A stretch of DNA of 64,000 bases from an uncultured Bdellovibrionales bacterium (GTDB lineage: Bacteria > Patescibacteriota > Minisyncoccia > Moranbacterales > UBA1568). Below the pieces are notes generated by a model. That model saw only the letters and a list, made by a program, of their open reading frames with translations. It did no database searches and was not told the origin of the DNA. The translations under genes and the position numbers were made by a program. This document shows positions 1-9,672 of this stretch, one piece after another (position 1 is the first letter of the stretch; each line of letters opens with the position of its first letter). The stretch lies in assembly GCA_964543815.1 (NCBI GenBank), contig CAZIZG010000003.1, positions 17,833-81,832 of the forward strand, given 5' to 3'.

Positions 1-606
1 AACAAAATTGTCAGCATGAATAAGCGCCCCTTCATCAAAGCCGTAGGTGATGACTTTCGCTTTGGTTTTTTCTTTCATTTTGAGTGTCCGACTGTCATCA
101 GCATTCAGGATAGCAAAGCCGTCTTCTGGTAAGGTGGCAATGATTCTCCCTTTCTCGCGAGCAATGGCATTAAGCGTTCCGAAATAGGCAATATGGCTTG
201 AGGAAATCTGGGTCACGATACCAATTTTCACCGGTACAAACTGAAGGAGAAAATCCATATCTCCAGGGCGGTCGATACCCATTTCGAGTACCAATACCTG
301 AGGATATTCCGTCGGCACCATGACCAGATACAACCAACGAACAAAAACTCGGAACCAACCAAGGATTGAACCGCCGCCACTTTTGGCGCCGATAATCGTC
401 AGTGGTATACCAATTTCGTTGTTATAATTCCCTTCAGCCTTACGAACCGTATACTCAATTCCCAATACTAGAGCTACTGCCTCCTTGGTAGAGCTCTTCC
501 CCACGGAGCCAGTAATCCCGACAATAATCGGCTGGTACTTTTTGAGCACGACTCGGGACATGAAGCGAAGCAGTCGTTCCAATATTTTTCTTTTGGTCAT
601 GGGCAT
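1..606 (-). CDS. murF: UDP-N-acetylmuramoyl-tripeptide--D-alanyl-D-alanine ligase (partial, runs off window)
   Basis: Manual translation MPMTKRKILERLLRFMSRVVLKKYQPIIVGITGSVGKSSTKEA...; Mur-ligase P-loop GITGSxGK; directly downstream of ftsI in the dcw cluster; absent from ORF track because truncated. Confidence 0.85.
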   Translation of the reverse strand, partial: MPMTKRKILERLLRFMSRVVLKKYQPIIVGITGSVGKSSTKEAVALVLGIEYTVRKAEGNYNNEIGIPLTIIGAKSGGGSILGWFRVFVRWLYLVMVPTEYPQVLVLEMGIDRPGDMDFLLQFVPVKIGIVTQISSSHIAYFGTLNAIAREKGRIIATLPEDGFAILNADDSRTLKMKEKTKAKVITYGFDEGALIHADNFV

Positions 607-616
607 AATACTCACT

Positions 617-2392
617 TTAGTGGTTGTTCGTCTCCTCGGTTGGCTTAACCTTGGCGTACTCTAGCAAAAATTTCATAATCTCGCCAAATGTCGGTGCAGC
701 ACTCGATTCGGCCCACTCAACATTTTTTGGATTATCCAGCTTTACCAAAACGACAAATTTTGGATCATCCAGAGGCGCATAGCCCACAAACGAACCAATA
801 CTCTGTCCTTCCTCGTATCCCTTTGCTCCGCTTTTAGCCACCTGGGCAGTCCCGGTCTTTCCGCCGACGAGATATCCCGGAACATCGGCTCGTTTGCCGT
901 GCCCATTCACGACGACACTGCGCAGCATCTTACTAATTGAACGACTGGATTCCTCGCTGATAACCCGCCGTATCTCAACTGGCGCATACTGTACTTCGTT
1001 TCCATCGGCATGAATTATTTTATCAATAACTTTCGGCTTGAGGAGCCTTCCTCCATTCGCGAGCGCCGCATAGGCACTCACCATTTGAATCGGTGTTGCC
1101 GTAATACCCTGCCCAAACGAAGCAGTAAAGAAATTTATCGTAGCCCGTTCATTTTCCAGATTTCGTAAATTACCAGCAAGCTCTGCCGGCAACTCCACCC
1201 CGGAACGTACACCAAACCCAAACCGCTTGAGATAATCTCCGAAAATACGATTTCCAACCAACTTTTCAACAAAAATAACTCCCGTATTAATTGATTGGTC
1301 CAGTACCTTGTACATATCACTTCGCCCATACACCTTGTCTTCAGCGTTACGAATAGTATAGCCCGCCTCAGCCACCAAACCAGTATCAACATATTCGGTA
1401 TTAGGCGATACCTTGCCCTCATCGAGACCGATAGCCATAGTGATAGGCTTCATGATAGAACCCGGTTCATAGGCGGAACTGACTGCCTGATTGAGAAAAA
1501 GCGAATAATCTTCTTCTTTCGAATAATTATTGGGGTCAAACTGCGGCGATGTTGCCATGGCCAAAATATTACCCGTTTTCGGGTCCATCACGATAGCCGT
1601 AGCACGATCAGCGGCATACTTTTCAATTGAATCCTTAAGAATTTTTTCTGTTTCATACTGAATGACCCGATCCAAAGTCAGTACCACGCTATCGCCATTC
1701 TCGGCATGATCAATCGATCGATCAGAAAGTGGGATCCAACGACCACTCGCGTCCTTCTCCTGAGTCAATGTCCCAGTTTCGCCCCGTAATTCACTATCGA
1801 GTGACGCCTCAATACCATACCCACCAGCTCCTCCCTTTTCACCGAGACTAGCAAAACCAATAACCTGAGCTGCCAGCTCACCAGCAGGATAGTATCGGTA
1901 TTTTTCTGGTACCAAATTCACGCCCTTGAGCTTTAACTCCTTAACGCGATTCACTTCATCATCAGTAAGTCGCTTCTTGATAATTTCAAAAGGGTCGTTC
2001 GGGCGGGCCAACTTGTCTCGAATTTCACCGACCTCTATGCCCAGTGCTCGTGAGAGCTCAACGGCCACCATATCTTTTTCTTCGATATCTTTCGGAACAA
2101 CAAATACCATCTGATACTCACGATTGACCGCGAGTGGATAGCGATCCATGTCACCATCATGCATATAAATCTCGCCACGATCAGCAGAAAGCTCGAGCGA
2201 GGCGTTATGCTGCGATTCTGCCAAAGCAACCCATTTATCATGGGATAGAACTTGCAAAAAAAAGAGCCTGACGATAACAGTCAGTCCTACCAGCATCAAA
2301 AAAGAAAGAAGGATCCTGACACGGACAACACTGCCCAAAAGGGCAGTTCCGGGGGCCTTTTTTTTGTTCTGATAGTTTTGTGTATGACGCAT
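617..2392 (-). CDS. ftsI: Class B penicillin-binding protein (FtsI/PBP2 family)
   Basis: N-terminal TM, RGEI motif, transpeptidase motifs EPGSxxK, SxN, KTGTAQ; dcw context; start may be 2392 or 2407. Confidence 0.9.
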   Translation of the reverse strand: MRHTQNYQNKKKAPGTALLGSVVRVRILLSFLMLVGLTVIVRLFFLQVLSHDKWVALAESQHNASLELSADRGEIYMHDGDMDRYPLAVNREYQMVFVVPKDIEEKDMVAVELSRALGIEVGEIRDKLARPNDPFEIIKKRLTDDEVNRVKELKLKGVNLVPEKYRYYPAGELAAQVIGFASLGEKGGAGGYGIEASLDSELRGETGTLTQEKDASGRWIPLSDRSIDHAENGDSVVLTLDRVIQYETEKILKDSIEKYAADRATAIVMDPKTGNILAMATSPQFDPNNYSKEEDYSLFLNQAVSSAYEPGSIMKPITMAIGLDEGKVSPNTEYVDTGLVAEAGYTIRNAEDKVYGRSDMYKVLDQSINTGVIFVEKLVGNRIFGDYLKRFGFGVRSGVELPAELAGNLRNLENERATINFFTASFGQGITATPIQMVSAYAALANGGRLLKPKVIDKIIHADGNEVQYAPVEIRRVISEESSRSISKMLRSVVVNGHGKRADVPGYLVGGKTGTAQVAKSGAKGYEEGQSIGSFVGYAPLDDPKFVVLVKLDNPKNVEWAESSAAPTFGEIMKFLLEYAKVKPTEETNNH

Positions 2393-2434
2393 ATCTCCTG
2401 GTATCACAGAATCACGAGACCCAAGAGTCCTGCA

Positions 2435-2815
2435 TTAGCGGAGCGCTACCGGTACGCCTTGTTCTGAGGCAACCGGCGCAGCGGATTCTCGTTCTTCGAT
2501 GTATTTCACGTTGTCGAGCTTTTGCATTTGGAGTTCTTCTTCAGCGCTCTCGATACGTGATAATGAACGTAAATCAGCCTCTGCGATACGAAGTTCGGCA
2601 TTCTTTTGTTTGAGTGCATCTATCTCTTTTTCCAGGGTCCGCATGTGATAGCCCTGAACCGCACTTTGGTTGACCGCATACAGGTAACCACCACCAGAAA
2701 CAAAGAGGGCGGTCAATACGGCCAACAGGAACATATGGACCGACCCGGGCAACTCGCGTGAAGCCTGTTTCGGGACCCAAGTCGTCATCATTTTTTTACG
2801 ACGTGTCACTGACAT
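2435..2815 (-). CDS. FtsL-like cell division protein
   Basis: Single TM plus coiled coil, located between rsmH and ftsI where ftsL normally lies. Confidence 0.65.
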   Translation of the reverse strand: MSVTRRKKMMTTWVPKQASRELPGSVHMFLLAVLTALFVSGGGYLYAVNQSAVQGYHMRTLEKEIDALKQKNAELRIAEADLRSLSRIESAEEELQMQKLDNVKYIEERESAAPVASEQGVPVALR

Positions 2816-2857
2816 ATGAATTTGTATTTTTATTTTTCTGCCCAGAGCAGACAATCC

Positions 2858-3829
2858 TCAACTCGGTTTTTCCCCTAACTTCTCTATCACTCGGAGCTTG
2901 GCGCTCCTGGCCCGTGAATTGTCAGCTATTTCTCGTTCGCTCGCCACGATTGGCCGCTTGGTAAGTATTCTAGCCTTTGGTGCTTGACCACAACGACATA
3001 CCGGAAAATTCGGCGGACAGATACAACCCTGAGCTACTTCTCGAAAAAATTGCTTGACCCGGATATCCTCACCAGAATGAAAAGTGATGATAGCAAGTCG
3101 TCCTCCCGGATGAAGAACCTGAAGAGCCTGCTTAAGAAATGATTCCAGGTGATCAAACTCGCGATTGACCGCAATTCGGAGCGCCTGAAAGGTCTTGGTA
3201 GCCGGATGTATCTTCATCGTCATCCGCTTACGCTTTGGGTAGACCTCAGCAATAAGCTCAGCCAATTGATGCGTCGTCTCAATCGGTTGTTCCTCACGCT
3301 CCTTCACGATACCGTGGGCAATCCGCCGATACTCCGTTTCGTCACCGGCGCGCAGCATATCCATGAGCGTCTGCTCAGAGTAAGTATTAACGATGTCGCG
3401 GGCTGTGAGTGTCGTTCGCTGATCGAGTCGCATATCAAGTGGCCCGTTCTGCTGAAAACTCAACCCCCGAGCACCGTCCTCAATCTGATCTGAAGAAAAA
3501 CCCAAATCAGCGAGTATCGCATCCACCGATGGAACGTTCAGTCGTTCCAAGACCGTCATGAGATCCGAATAATTACTCCCCACAAGGACAAGTCTCCCCT
3601 CCTTAGAGGCTTGTGTAAGTGATTCATCGGATGACACAGCGGTCTTGAAACGACTGAGAGCCCTCTCATCAGCATCAAGCCCGATAACGCGTCCGGTTGG
3701 TGATACTTCTGCGAGCATCATCCTTCCATGCCCGCCACCGCCTACGGTTGCGTCTACCACCGTCATTCCTTTTTGAAGGTGCAGCATTTTTCGTACTTCC
3801 TCGTACAACACCGGTACATGCTTCGTCAT
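2858..3829 (-). CDS. rsmH: 16S rRNA m4C1402 methyltransferase
   Basis: HVPVL, DATVGGGGH, DLGFSSDQ, PLDMR, FQALRIAVN, FHSGED, RARSAKLR motifs. Confidence 0.97.
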   Translation of the reverse strand: MTKHVPVLYEEVRKMLHLQKGMTVVDATVGGGGHGRMMLAEVSPTGRVIGLDADERALSRFKTAVSSDESLTQASKEGRLVLVGSNYSDLMTVLERLNVPSVDAILADLGFSSDQIEDGARGLSFQQNGPLDMRLDQRTTLTARDIVNTYSEQTLMDMLRAGDETEYRRIAHGIVKEREEQPIETTHQLAELIAEVYPKRKRMTMKIHPATKTFQALRIAVNREFDHLESFLKQALQVLHPGGRLAIITFHSGEDIRVKQFFREVAQGCICPPNFPVCRCGQAPKARILTKRPIVASEREIADNSRARSAKLRVIEKLGEKPS

Positions 3830-3911
3830 ACAATCCAAGAATCAAAAATCAAAATGCTCTCCACTCCTTCCTTTCATTTTTTATTTTTGAACTGTATGCG
3901 TACGTTTGGTG

Positions 3912-4346
3912 TTAATAGATACCGAGCTTGCCGAGATCTTCTGCAATCTTGCCCGTATTCTTTTCTGCCTGATTCTTATATTTGTTCCATTTCGTCGTAT
4001 CCCAGATTTCCAATCGATTGAAGAGCCCCACAATCGTCACATCCTTTTTTAGTCCACCGTCCTGTTTGAGATATTCTGGCAAAAGTACCCGTCCCTGACT
4101 ATCAAGCTCTACATCAGCAGCACCAGCAAGCATCACTCGAATAAAACTGCGCGTGCCCGCTTCGCCAACGGGGAGCGTACCGAGTTTGGTGGCCAGCTCC
4201 TCCCATACCTTCATCGGATAGACAAAGAGGCAACTATCGAGACCACGTGTCACCACAACTTTATTCCCAAGTTCACCACGAAACTTCGAAGGAAGCGCCA
4301 GGCGTTTCTTGGGATCAATCGTATGTGCGTATTCTCCGATAAACAT
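3912..4346 (-). CDS. mraZ: Division/cell-wall cluster transcriptional repressor MraZ
   Basis: MFIGEY..IDPKKRLALP, D.QGR motifs; first gene of dcw cluster. Confidence 0.97.
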   Translation of the reverse strand: MFIGEYAHTIDPKKRLALPSKFRGELGNKVVVTRGLDSCLFVYPMKVWEELATKLGTLPVGEAGTRSFIRVMLAGAADVELDSQGRVLLPEYLKQDGGLKKDVTIVGLFNRLEIWDTTKWNKYKNQAEKNTGKIAEDLGKLGIY

Positions 4347-4374
4347 GCGCGTGAAATATTCTCGGTGTGAAATT

Positions 4375-4438
4375 CCCCACTTTCACCCACTTTTGTTCCT
4401 TACCTCCACATTTTATACCACCCATATTCACCCGTCAA
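4375..4438 (-). promoter_or_regulatory. dcw promoter with MraZ-type GTGG repeats
   Basis: TTGACG (4438-4433)-N17-TAAAAT (4415-4410); AAAGTGG twice, 10 bp apart (4377-4393), plus GTGG at 4406-4409 and 4418-4421. Confidence 0.75.
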
Positions 4439-4500
4439 CACCGGACTTATACACCAAAAAAACGGCCTTTTCAAGCCGTTTTTTAAATGAATAAATGCTT

Positions 4501-5907
4501 TTATTGCGTTTCCAGAACCTTTATCAAAAGTCGCACCGGCGTACCAGCCGAGCCTTTGGCGAGAAATTCGTCAGGCAGCGCAGTCATGCGCGGAGCAATA
4601 TCGAGATGGACCCAGGAGTAAGCACCATCTACGAATTGCTTGAGAAACACCGCCGCGGTGATAGCACCACCATAGCGGGTACGACCGAGATTGGCCACAT
4701 CACCAAATGTTCCTTTCACCTCATCATCATATTCATCCCACAGTGGCAGTGGCCAGACATAGTCACCGCTTTCTTCGCCAAGATGGCGAAGCTTTGTTTC
4801 AAGTGCTTCATCAGCGGTAAACAACGCTGTTGCTCGTTCGCCGAGAGCTCCCATCGCTGCCCCCGTCAGTGTTGCCACATCAATGACGAGTGACGGCCGA
4901 TATCGTTTGGCATAGTGGAGCGCATCAGCGAGGATAATCCGACCCTCAGCATCAGTATTGAGCACCTCGATAGTCTTGCCCGACATGGAATGAAGAATGT
5001 CCCCTGGCCGATAACTCGCGCCCGACATCATGTTCTCCACTGCCGGTACCAAAACCACAATATTTTTTTTCACCCGAAGACGTGCCGCTGCTGCCAACGC
5101 ATGAATAACCGCGGCACCACCCGACATATCCATATTCATACCGAGAACAGCGTCACTCGGTTTCAAATTGATACCACCAGTATCAAACGTCACACCCTTC
5201 CCAACGAGCACGATAGTCTCATTCGAAGCCGAAGATAATGATTTTCCTTTCCTTCCGCCAAAGTATTCAAGAATTATAAAACGTGATGGCGCTGACGATC
5301 CTTTACCAACACCAAGTACACCGCCCATGTTGAGTTTACCCATCTGCTTTTCATCGAGTATCCGCACAGTAATGGGTAGCCCCTTCACTGACGCTCTTGC
5401 ATGACGAGCCAAAATATCAGGCGTCATGGCGCCACCAGGCATGGTAGCAATATGACGGGAACGATTCACTTCCTCTCCGATGATTTTCCCTCGAACGATA
5501 CCAGCCTTCACCATCTTGTCAGAAGTACCGGAGAGGACTATGCTCTCAATCTCTGGAAAGCCACCCTGGGGCTTCGTCAAAAATTCCCGAAAGGAAAATT
5601 CTGCCATGACAAAATTCGTAACGAGGAGTTCTGCCAAATCTCCCGTGGCAATTTTCAAATGAGCAAAGTGAAACTGTCCCAAATCAATGGTTATTTTCGC
5701 ATACTTTTTTGCCAATGCCTCACGCACCACCCGGCGCGCCAAGAGCATGAGTCTCCGCCTCGTCATCTTGTTACGCTCACCAACGACCAGCACCAGGGTT
5801 TCGACGCCATTCTTAATCTCCACCACACCATCTTTTCCTTCTTGTTCCAATCGCACCCGAAGCGCTCCTTTTTTCAACGTCTCTTTTTCGGTAATCTTGA
5901 TGTCCAT
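4501..5907 (-). CDS. pepA: Leucyl aminopeptidase (M17)
   Basis: GKGVTFDTGG, DMSGGAAV, NTDAEGR, ATLTGA, HLDIA motifs. Confidence 0.95.
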   Translation of the reverse strand: MDIKITEKETLKKGALRVRLEQEGKDGVVEIKNGVETLVLVVGERNKMTRRRLMLLARRVVREALAKKYAKITIDLGQFHFAHLKIATGDLAELLVTNFVMAEFSFREFLTKPQGGFPEIESIVLSGTSDKMVKAGIVRGKIIGEEVNRSRHIATMPGGAMTPDILARHARASVKGLPITVRILDEKQMGKLNMGGVLGVGKGSSAPSRFIILEYFGGRKGKSLSSASNETIVLVGKGVTFDTGGINLKPSDAVLGMNMDMSGGAAVIHALAAAARLRVKKNIVVLVPAVENMMSGASYRPGDILHSMSGKTIEVLNTDAEGRIILADALHYAKRYRPSLVIDVATLTGAAMGALGERATALFTADEALETKLRHLGEESGDYVWPLPLWDEYDDEVKGTFGDVANLGRTRYGGAITAAVFLKQFVDGAYSWVHLDIAPRMTALPDEFLAKGSAGTPVRLLIKVLETQ

Positions 5908-5934
5908 AGAATACTATCCCTTCTCAGTAATTTC

Positions 5935-6408
5935 TTATTGTTTACAGAGCTCCTTTATATCGCTCAATACTTCTTCCGCATGACCATCAGGTTTGACGTC
6001 CTCGTAGACTTTGGCAATCTTTCCTGTCGGATCAATAAGAAACGAAGTCCGGAGAATTCCCATATATTCTCGACCCATAAATTTCTTCTTGGCCCATACC
6101 CCATAGAGCGCCACTACTTTCTTTTCTTCATCGGCCAGCAGTGTGAATGGTAACTCGTATTTCGTAACAAATTTGGCGTGTTTCTTTACTGCATCGACAC
6201 TAATACCAAGTATCACTGCCTTGGACCGTTTGAATTTAGGAAAGTTATCCCGGAACTGACAAGCTTCTACCGTGCACCCCGGGGTATCATCTTTGGGATA
6301 AAAATAGAGTACCACCCACTTCCCAACATATTCTTTAAGCGTATGCATTTTCCCCTCCTGATCAGGCAAAGTAAAATTCTTCGCCTTGGTTCCTTTTTTG
6401 GGCAACAT
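5935..6408 (-). CDS. bcp: Thioredoxin-dependent peroxiredoxin (BCP/PrxQ)
   Basis: YFYPKDDTPGCTVEAC motif. Confidence 0.95.
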   Translation of the reverse strand: MLPKKGTKAKNFTLPDQEGKMHTLKEYVGKWVVLYFYPKDDTPGCTVEACQFRDNFPKFKRSKAVILGISVDAVKKHAKFVTKYELPFTLLADEEKKVVALYGVWAKKKFMGREYMGILRTSFLIDPTGKIAKVYEDVKPDGHAEEVLSDIKELCKQ

Positions 6409-6508
6409 ATTTCCTGGTTCGTTATCGATTAGTTTGGAATTTTAGCACAAAAGAAAAAGCCCCGCTACGACGATGCGTAACGAGACAACTATTTGATTCC
6501 TCCTTGGC

Positions 6509-6760
6509 TCAGTGGGTAGCCGTTCGACCAAGGGCGGCGTTTACCTTCTCGTAAAGACGCCTGACTCCCTTGGAGCGTGTACCACGCACGTGGAGAACCT
6601 TGAGGATGGCCAGGGCATCGCCATGACGCTTCCTCCGATAGAACGCCACGGCGTCACCGAAAAGCTCGTGTGAATTCCTTCGCTCCAGCTTCCTGAAACG
6701 CGGTACGATTCCTGTCTCCGAATGTGGGCAATACTCGCCCGCTCTTTCTTCACTCAACAA
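6509..6760 (-). CDS. Hypothetical 83-aa basic helical protein (SD-led stand-alone unit)
   Basis: GAGGTG upstream of TTG start; promoter TTGACG (6870-6865)-N17-TACTAT (6847-6842). Confidence 0.55.
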   Translation of the reverse strand: MLSEERAGEYCPHSETGIVPRFRKLERRNSHELFGDAVAFYRRKRHGDALAILKVLHVRGTRSKGVRRLYEKVNAALGRTATH

Positions 6761-6866
6761 TTCTCACCTCTGCTCTCTACAAACAAAGAAACTCCTCTCG
6801 CGGAGGGTTTCACGTATCACCTGTCGTTCCAGGCTTTAAGAATAGTAACCTAAAATCCTTATCCCG

Positions 6867-8081
6867 TCAAGTCTTGAGGTATTTTCTTTCCTTGAGGCGT
6901 TCCGGAAAGTATTCTTGCTCTGCTTCTTCGGCATTCTTGAAGTCAGGGGTGTACTTATATCCTTTGCCATAGTCAAGCTCTTTCATGAGCTTAGTCGGCG
7001 CATTCCGCAAATGGAGCGGGACCGGTTCGTTCGGAAATTTTCGTACGTCCTCCTTGGCTGCTCCATAAGCAACATAGAGGGCGTTTGATTTTTTGGAGAG
7101 CGCGAGATAGACAACGGCCTGAGCCAAATGGACCTCACACTCCGGCATTCCAAGCATCTGACAAGCCTGAAAAGCCGCCACTGCCTGTGGCAGCGCGAAG
7201 GAATTAGCAATACCGATATCCTCAGACGCAAAACGGACTAGCCGTCGTGCCACGTAGATCGGATCCTCACCCGCTTCGAGCATCCGAGCGAGATAATAGA
7301 GCGAGGCATTCGCGTCGTTCCCCCGCAGTGACTTATGGAGAGCTGAAATGATGTTATAGTGCTCCTCGCCATTTTTGTCATAGAGAAGGTGCGAGCGCTT
7401 CACTATTTGCTCCACAATCTTTGTATCAATATGCGTATGTTTGAGGGCACAGGCCTCGAGCGTGTTAAGCGTCATCCGAGCATCACCTCCCGAAACAGCC
7501 GCGATAAATGAGAGCGCCTCGTCATCTGCTTGTACTTTTCTCCCAAAATATTCCTCACTTTTTTTGAGAGCCCGCTTCATGAGACCAACGAGCGTCTCCT
7601 CGTCATGCTTTTCCAAGACCAAAACTCGCGCTCGCGAGAGGAGGGCAGCATTGACCTCAAAACTCGGGTTCTCCGTCGTCGCTCCGATGAGCGTCACGGT
7701 TCCCCGCTCGACGTGCGGGAGCAGACTATCTTGTTGTGACTTATTAAATCGGTGAATTTCATCGACAAAAAGAATCGTTTTCTTTCCCTGTTTCTTGTTT
7801 TCCTCCGCTTCGGCAAAAACGGCTCGCATATCCTTCACCCCGCTCCCGACAGCCGAGAGCTGGCGAAATTCAGCCTGCGTAGCCTGGGCAATAAGAAGAG
7901 CGAGCGTTGTCTTGCCACTCCCGGGTGGTCCCCAAAAGATGAGTGATGGGACATGGTCAGCCTCAATCGCTTCACGGAGAAACGATCCTTCGCCAAATAC
8001 TTTTTCCTGTCCAAGAAACTCCTCTAGTGTCTGGGGTCGCAATCGTTCAGCGAGTGGAATATACGTGTTGGAATCAGACAT
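6867..8081 (-). CDS. rarA: Replication-associated recombination protein A (AAA+)
   Basis: PLAERLRP, GPPGSGKTT, DEIHRFNK, ATTENPSF, ASEDIG, PLHLRNAPT. Confidence 0.95.
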   Translation of the reverse strand: MSDSNTYIPLAERLRPQTLEEFLGQEKVFGEGSFLREAIEADHVPSLIFWGPPGSGKTTLALLIAQATQAEFRQLSAVGSGVKDMRAVFAEAEENKKQGKKTILFVDEIHRFNKSQQDSLLPHVERGTVTLIGATTENPSFEVNAALLSRARVLVLEKHDEETLVGLMKRALKKSEEYFGRKVQADDEALSFIAAVSGGDARMTLNTLEACALKHTHIDTKIVEQIVKRSHLLYDKNGEEHYNIISALHKSLRGNDANASLYYLARMLEAGEDPIYVARRLVRFASEDIGIANSFALPQAVAAFQACQMLGMPECEVHLAQAVVYLALSKKSNALYVAYGAAKEDVRKFPNEPVPLHLRNAPTKLMKELDYGKGYKYTPDFKNAEEAEQEYFPERLKERKYLKT

Positions 8082-8892
8082 ACTCTGTTTCAAGTATGAT
8101 TCCTACTGGGCAATGATCCGAACCCATCACCGAAGGCAGAATAAAAGCATCCCGCACCCGATCACGGAGTGAAGCACTGACGAGAAAGTAATCAATCCGC
8201 CAGCCGACGTTTCGTTCTCGAGACTTGGCAAAGTGGGACCACCAAGAGTAGTGTCCATTCCCTTCATGAAAGAGTCGAAAGGTATCCACAAATCCAGCCT
8301 TGATAAAATTTTGAAATCCTTCCCGTTCCTCATCAGTAAATCCATGTTTCCCAACATTCCCCTTGGGATTCGCCAGGTCGTCCTCGGTATGAGCCACGTT
8401 CAAATCACCACAAAAAACAACCGGCTTCTTTTTTTCTAAGCTTTGACAGTAGGCCAAAAAAGCTGGATCCCATTGTTTGTGACGGAGTGGCACGCGACTC
8501 AAATCCTCTTTGGCATTTGGGGTGTACACGGTCACCACATAAAACTGAGCGAACTCTGCCGTAATGACCCGCCCTTCAGCACAGGGATCGCCATAGCCAT
8601 CGGCCAAAAGATTGAATTTTTTAATAATCTGAGCTGGGAAACCATTAGTGACAGAGAGCGGCTTGGTCTTGGTAAAAATCGCTGTTCCGGAGTAACCCTT
8701 TCTCTCGGCCGAGTGCCAGTACTCTTCATACTCTGGCAAATCAATCTCCGCCTGACCCTCGAGAGCCTTTGTTTCCTGAAGACACAAAATATCAGGTTGA
8801 TACTCCTCAATAAATGGCAGAAATAATCCCTTCTTATGGACCGCCCGAATACCATTTACATTCCAGGAAAAAATTTTAAGTGATTGTGACAT
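8074..8892 (-). CDS. xth: Exodeoxyribonuclease III / AP endonuclease
   Basis: SWNVNGIRA, LQETK, GDLNVAH, GWRIDY, SDHCP. Confidence 0.95.
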   Translation of the reverse strand: MSQSLKIFSWNVNGIRAVHKKGLFLPFIEEYQPDILCLQETKALEGQAEIDLPEYEEYWHSAERKGYSGTAIFTKTKPLSVTNGFPAQIIKKFNLLADGYGDPCAEGRVITAEFAQFYVVTVYTPNAKEDLSRVPLRHKQWDPAFLAYCQSLEKKKPVVFCGDLNVAHTEDDLANPKGNVGKHGFTDEEREGFQNFIKAGFVDTFRLFHEGNGHYSWWSHFAKSRERNVGWRIDYFLVSASLRDRVRDAFILPSVMGSDHCPVGIILETEYV

Positions 8893-8991
8893 ACAAACGT
8901 GTTTACTTACCTTTCATCATACCAGGTCTCTTGAAAAAAAGAAAAGTCGCCAAACCTGTTTAGGCTGACGACGAAAGGTGTGGGCGATGCC

Positions 8992-9135
8992 TCACTGATT
9001 GAAGTACGGATGCTCGTGTCGGGGCAAATCGCGATAGTCGTCACAGGGACGACCACGGAGAATGTCCCGAATTTCACGGCACCAATCGATTGAGGTGGCG
9101 ATGTATCCACCCACCTTTTTGAACCATTTGATCAT
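8992..9135 (-). CDS. 47-aa microprotein MIKWFKKVGGYIATSIDWCREIRDILRGRPCDDYRDLPRHEHPYFNQ
   Basis: AGGAGG 5 nt before ATG; TTGACA (9205-9200)-N17-TATAAG (9182-9177); below the 60-aa ORF track cut-off. Confidence 0.7.
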   Translation of the reverse strand: MIKWFKKVGGYIATSIDWCREIRDILRGRPCDDYRDLPRHEHPYFNQ

Positions 9136-9282
9136 GGCAGCCTCCTGAGGCATGGGGGACACGGGAACTTACTTTCCTTATACGCCTCTCGGGTATCATT
9201 GTCAACCAAAAAAGCCCTTATAAATAAAATGAACGCCGCCCGGTACCGTGAGGTAGCGGGCGGACCAACGAAGCCAGAGGGT

Positions 9283-9414
9283 TCAACGAGTACGGCGCAC
9301 CATGCGCGCAAACTCGGCGAAATCGGCGAAATCCCTCTTCATTGCCCGGTGCACTGCCGGGTCAAAAGCGGCGGCCACAGCAGCTGCAGCCAAAAGAACC
9401 CAAAAAATCGACAT
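9283..9414 (-). CDS. 43-aa microprotein MSIFWVLLAAAAVAAAFDPAVHRAMKRDFADFAEFARMVRRTR
   Basis: AGGAG SD; perfect TTGACA (9494-9489)-N17-TATAAT (9471-9466); hydrophobic N-terminus; GC-rich hairpin plus T-rich tail at about 9220-9263. Confidence 0.7.
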   Translation of the reverse strand: MSIFWVLLAAAAVAAAFDPAVHRAMKRDFADFAEFARMVRRTR

Positions 9415-9672
9415 GGAACTCTCCTGCGGATGCCGCAACCACCCCCGTGGTGATTACTTGGTGCCATTATACACCCAAAGACACCCTTTGTCAAGGGTAT
9501 ATCCATTATATATGGCTTTATAAAGCCTTTTTATGAGACTTTCCTAAGGGAAAGAAGCGAGAGTCCGTATTCTACTGCAGTCAAAAAAAATGTAGCTACG
9601 GAATACTCACGCTTCGGCAGACTACCCTCCGAGTAGCCCTTCTCAGCCTTCGTATCCCCCACTTACATTTTT

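Noticed and set aside
4495-6153. Plus-strand ORFs opposite pepA and bcp (and similar antisense ORFs throughout)
   Set aside because: Antisense shadows of well-supported minus-strand genes
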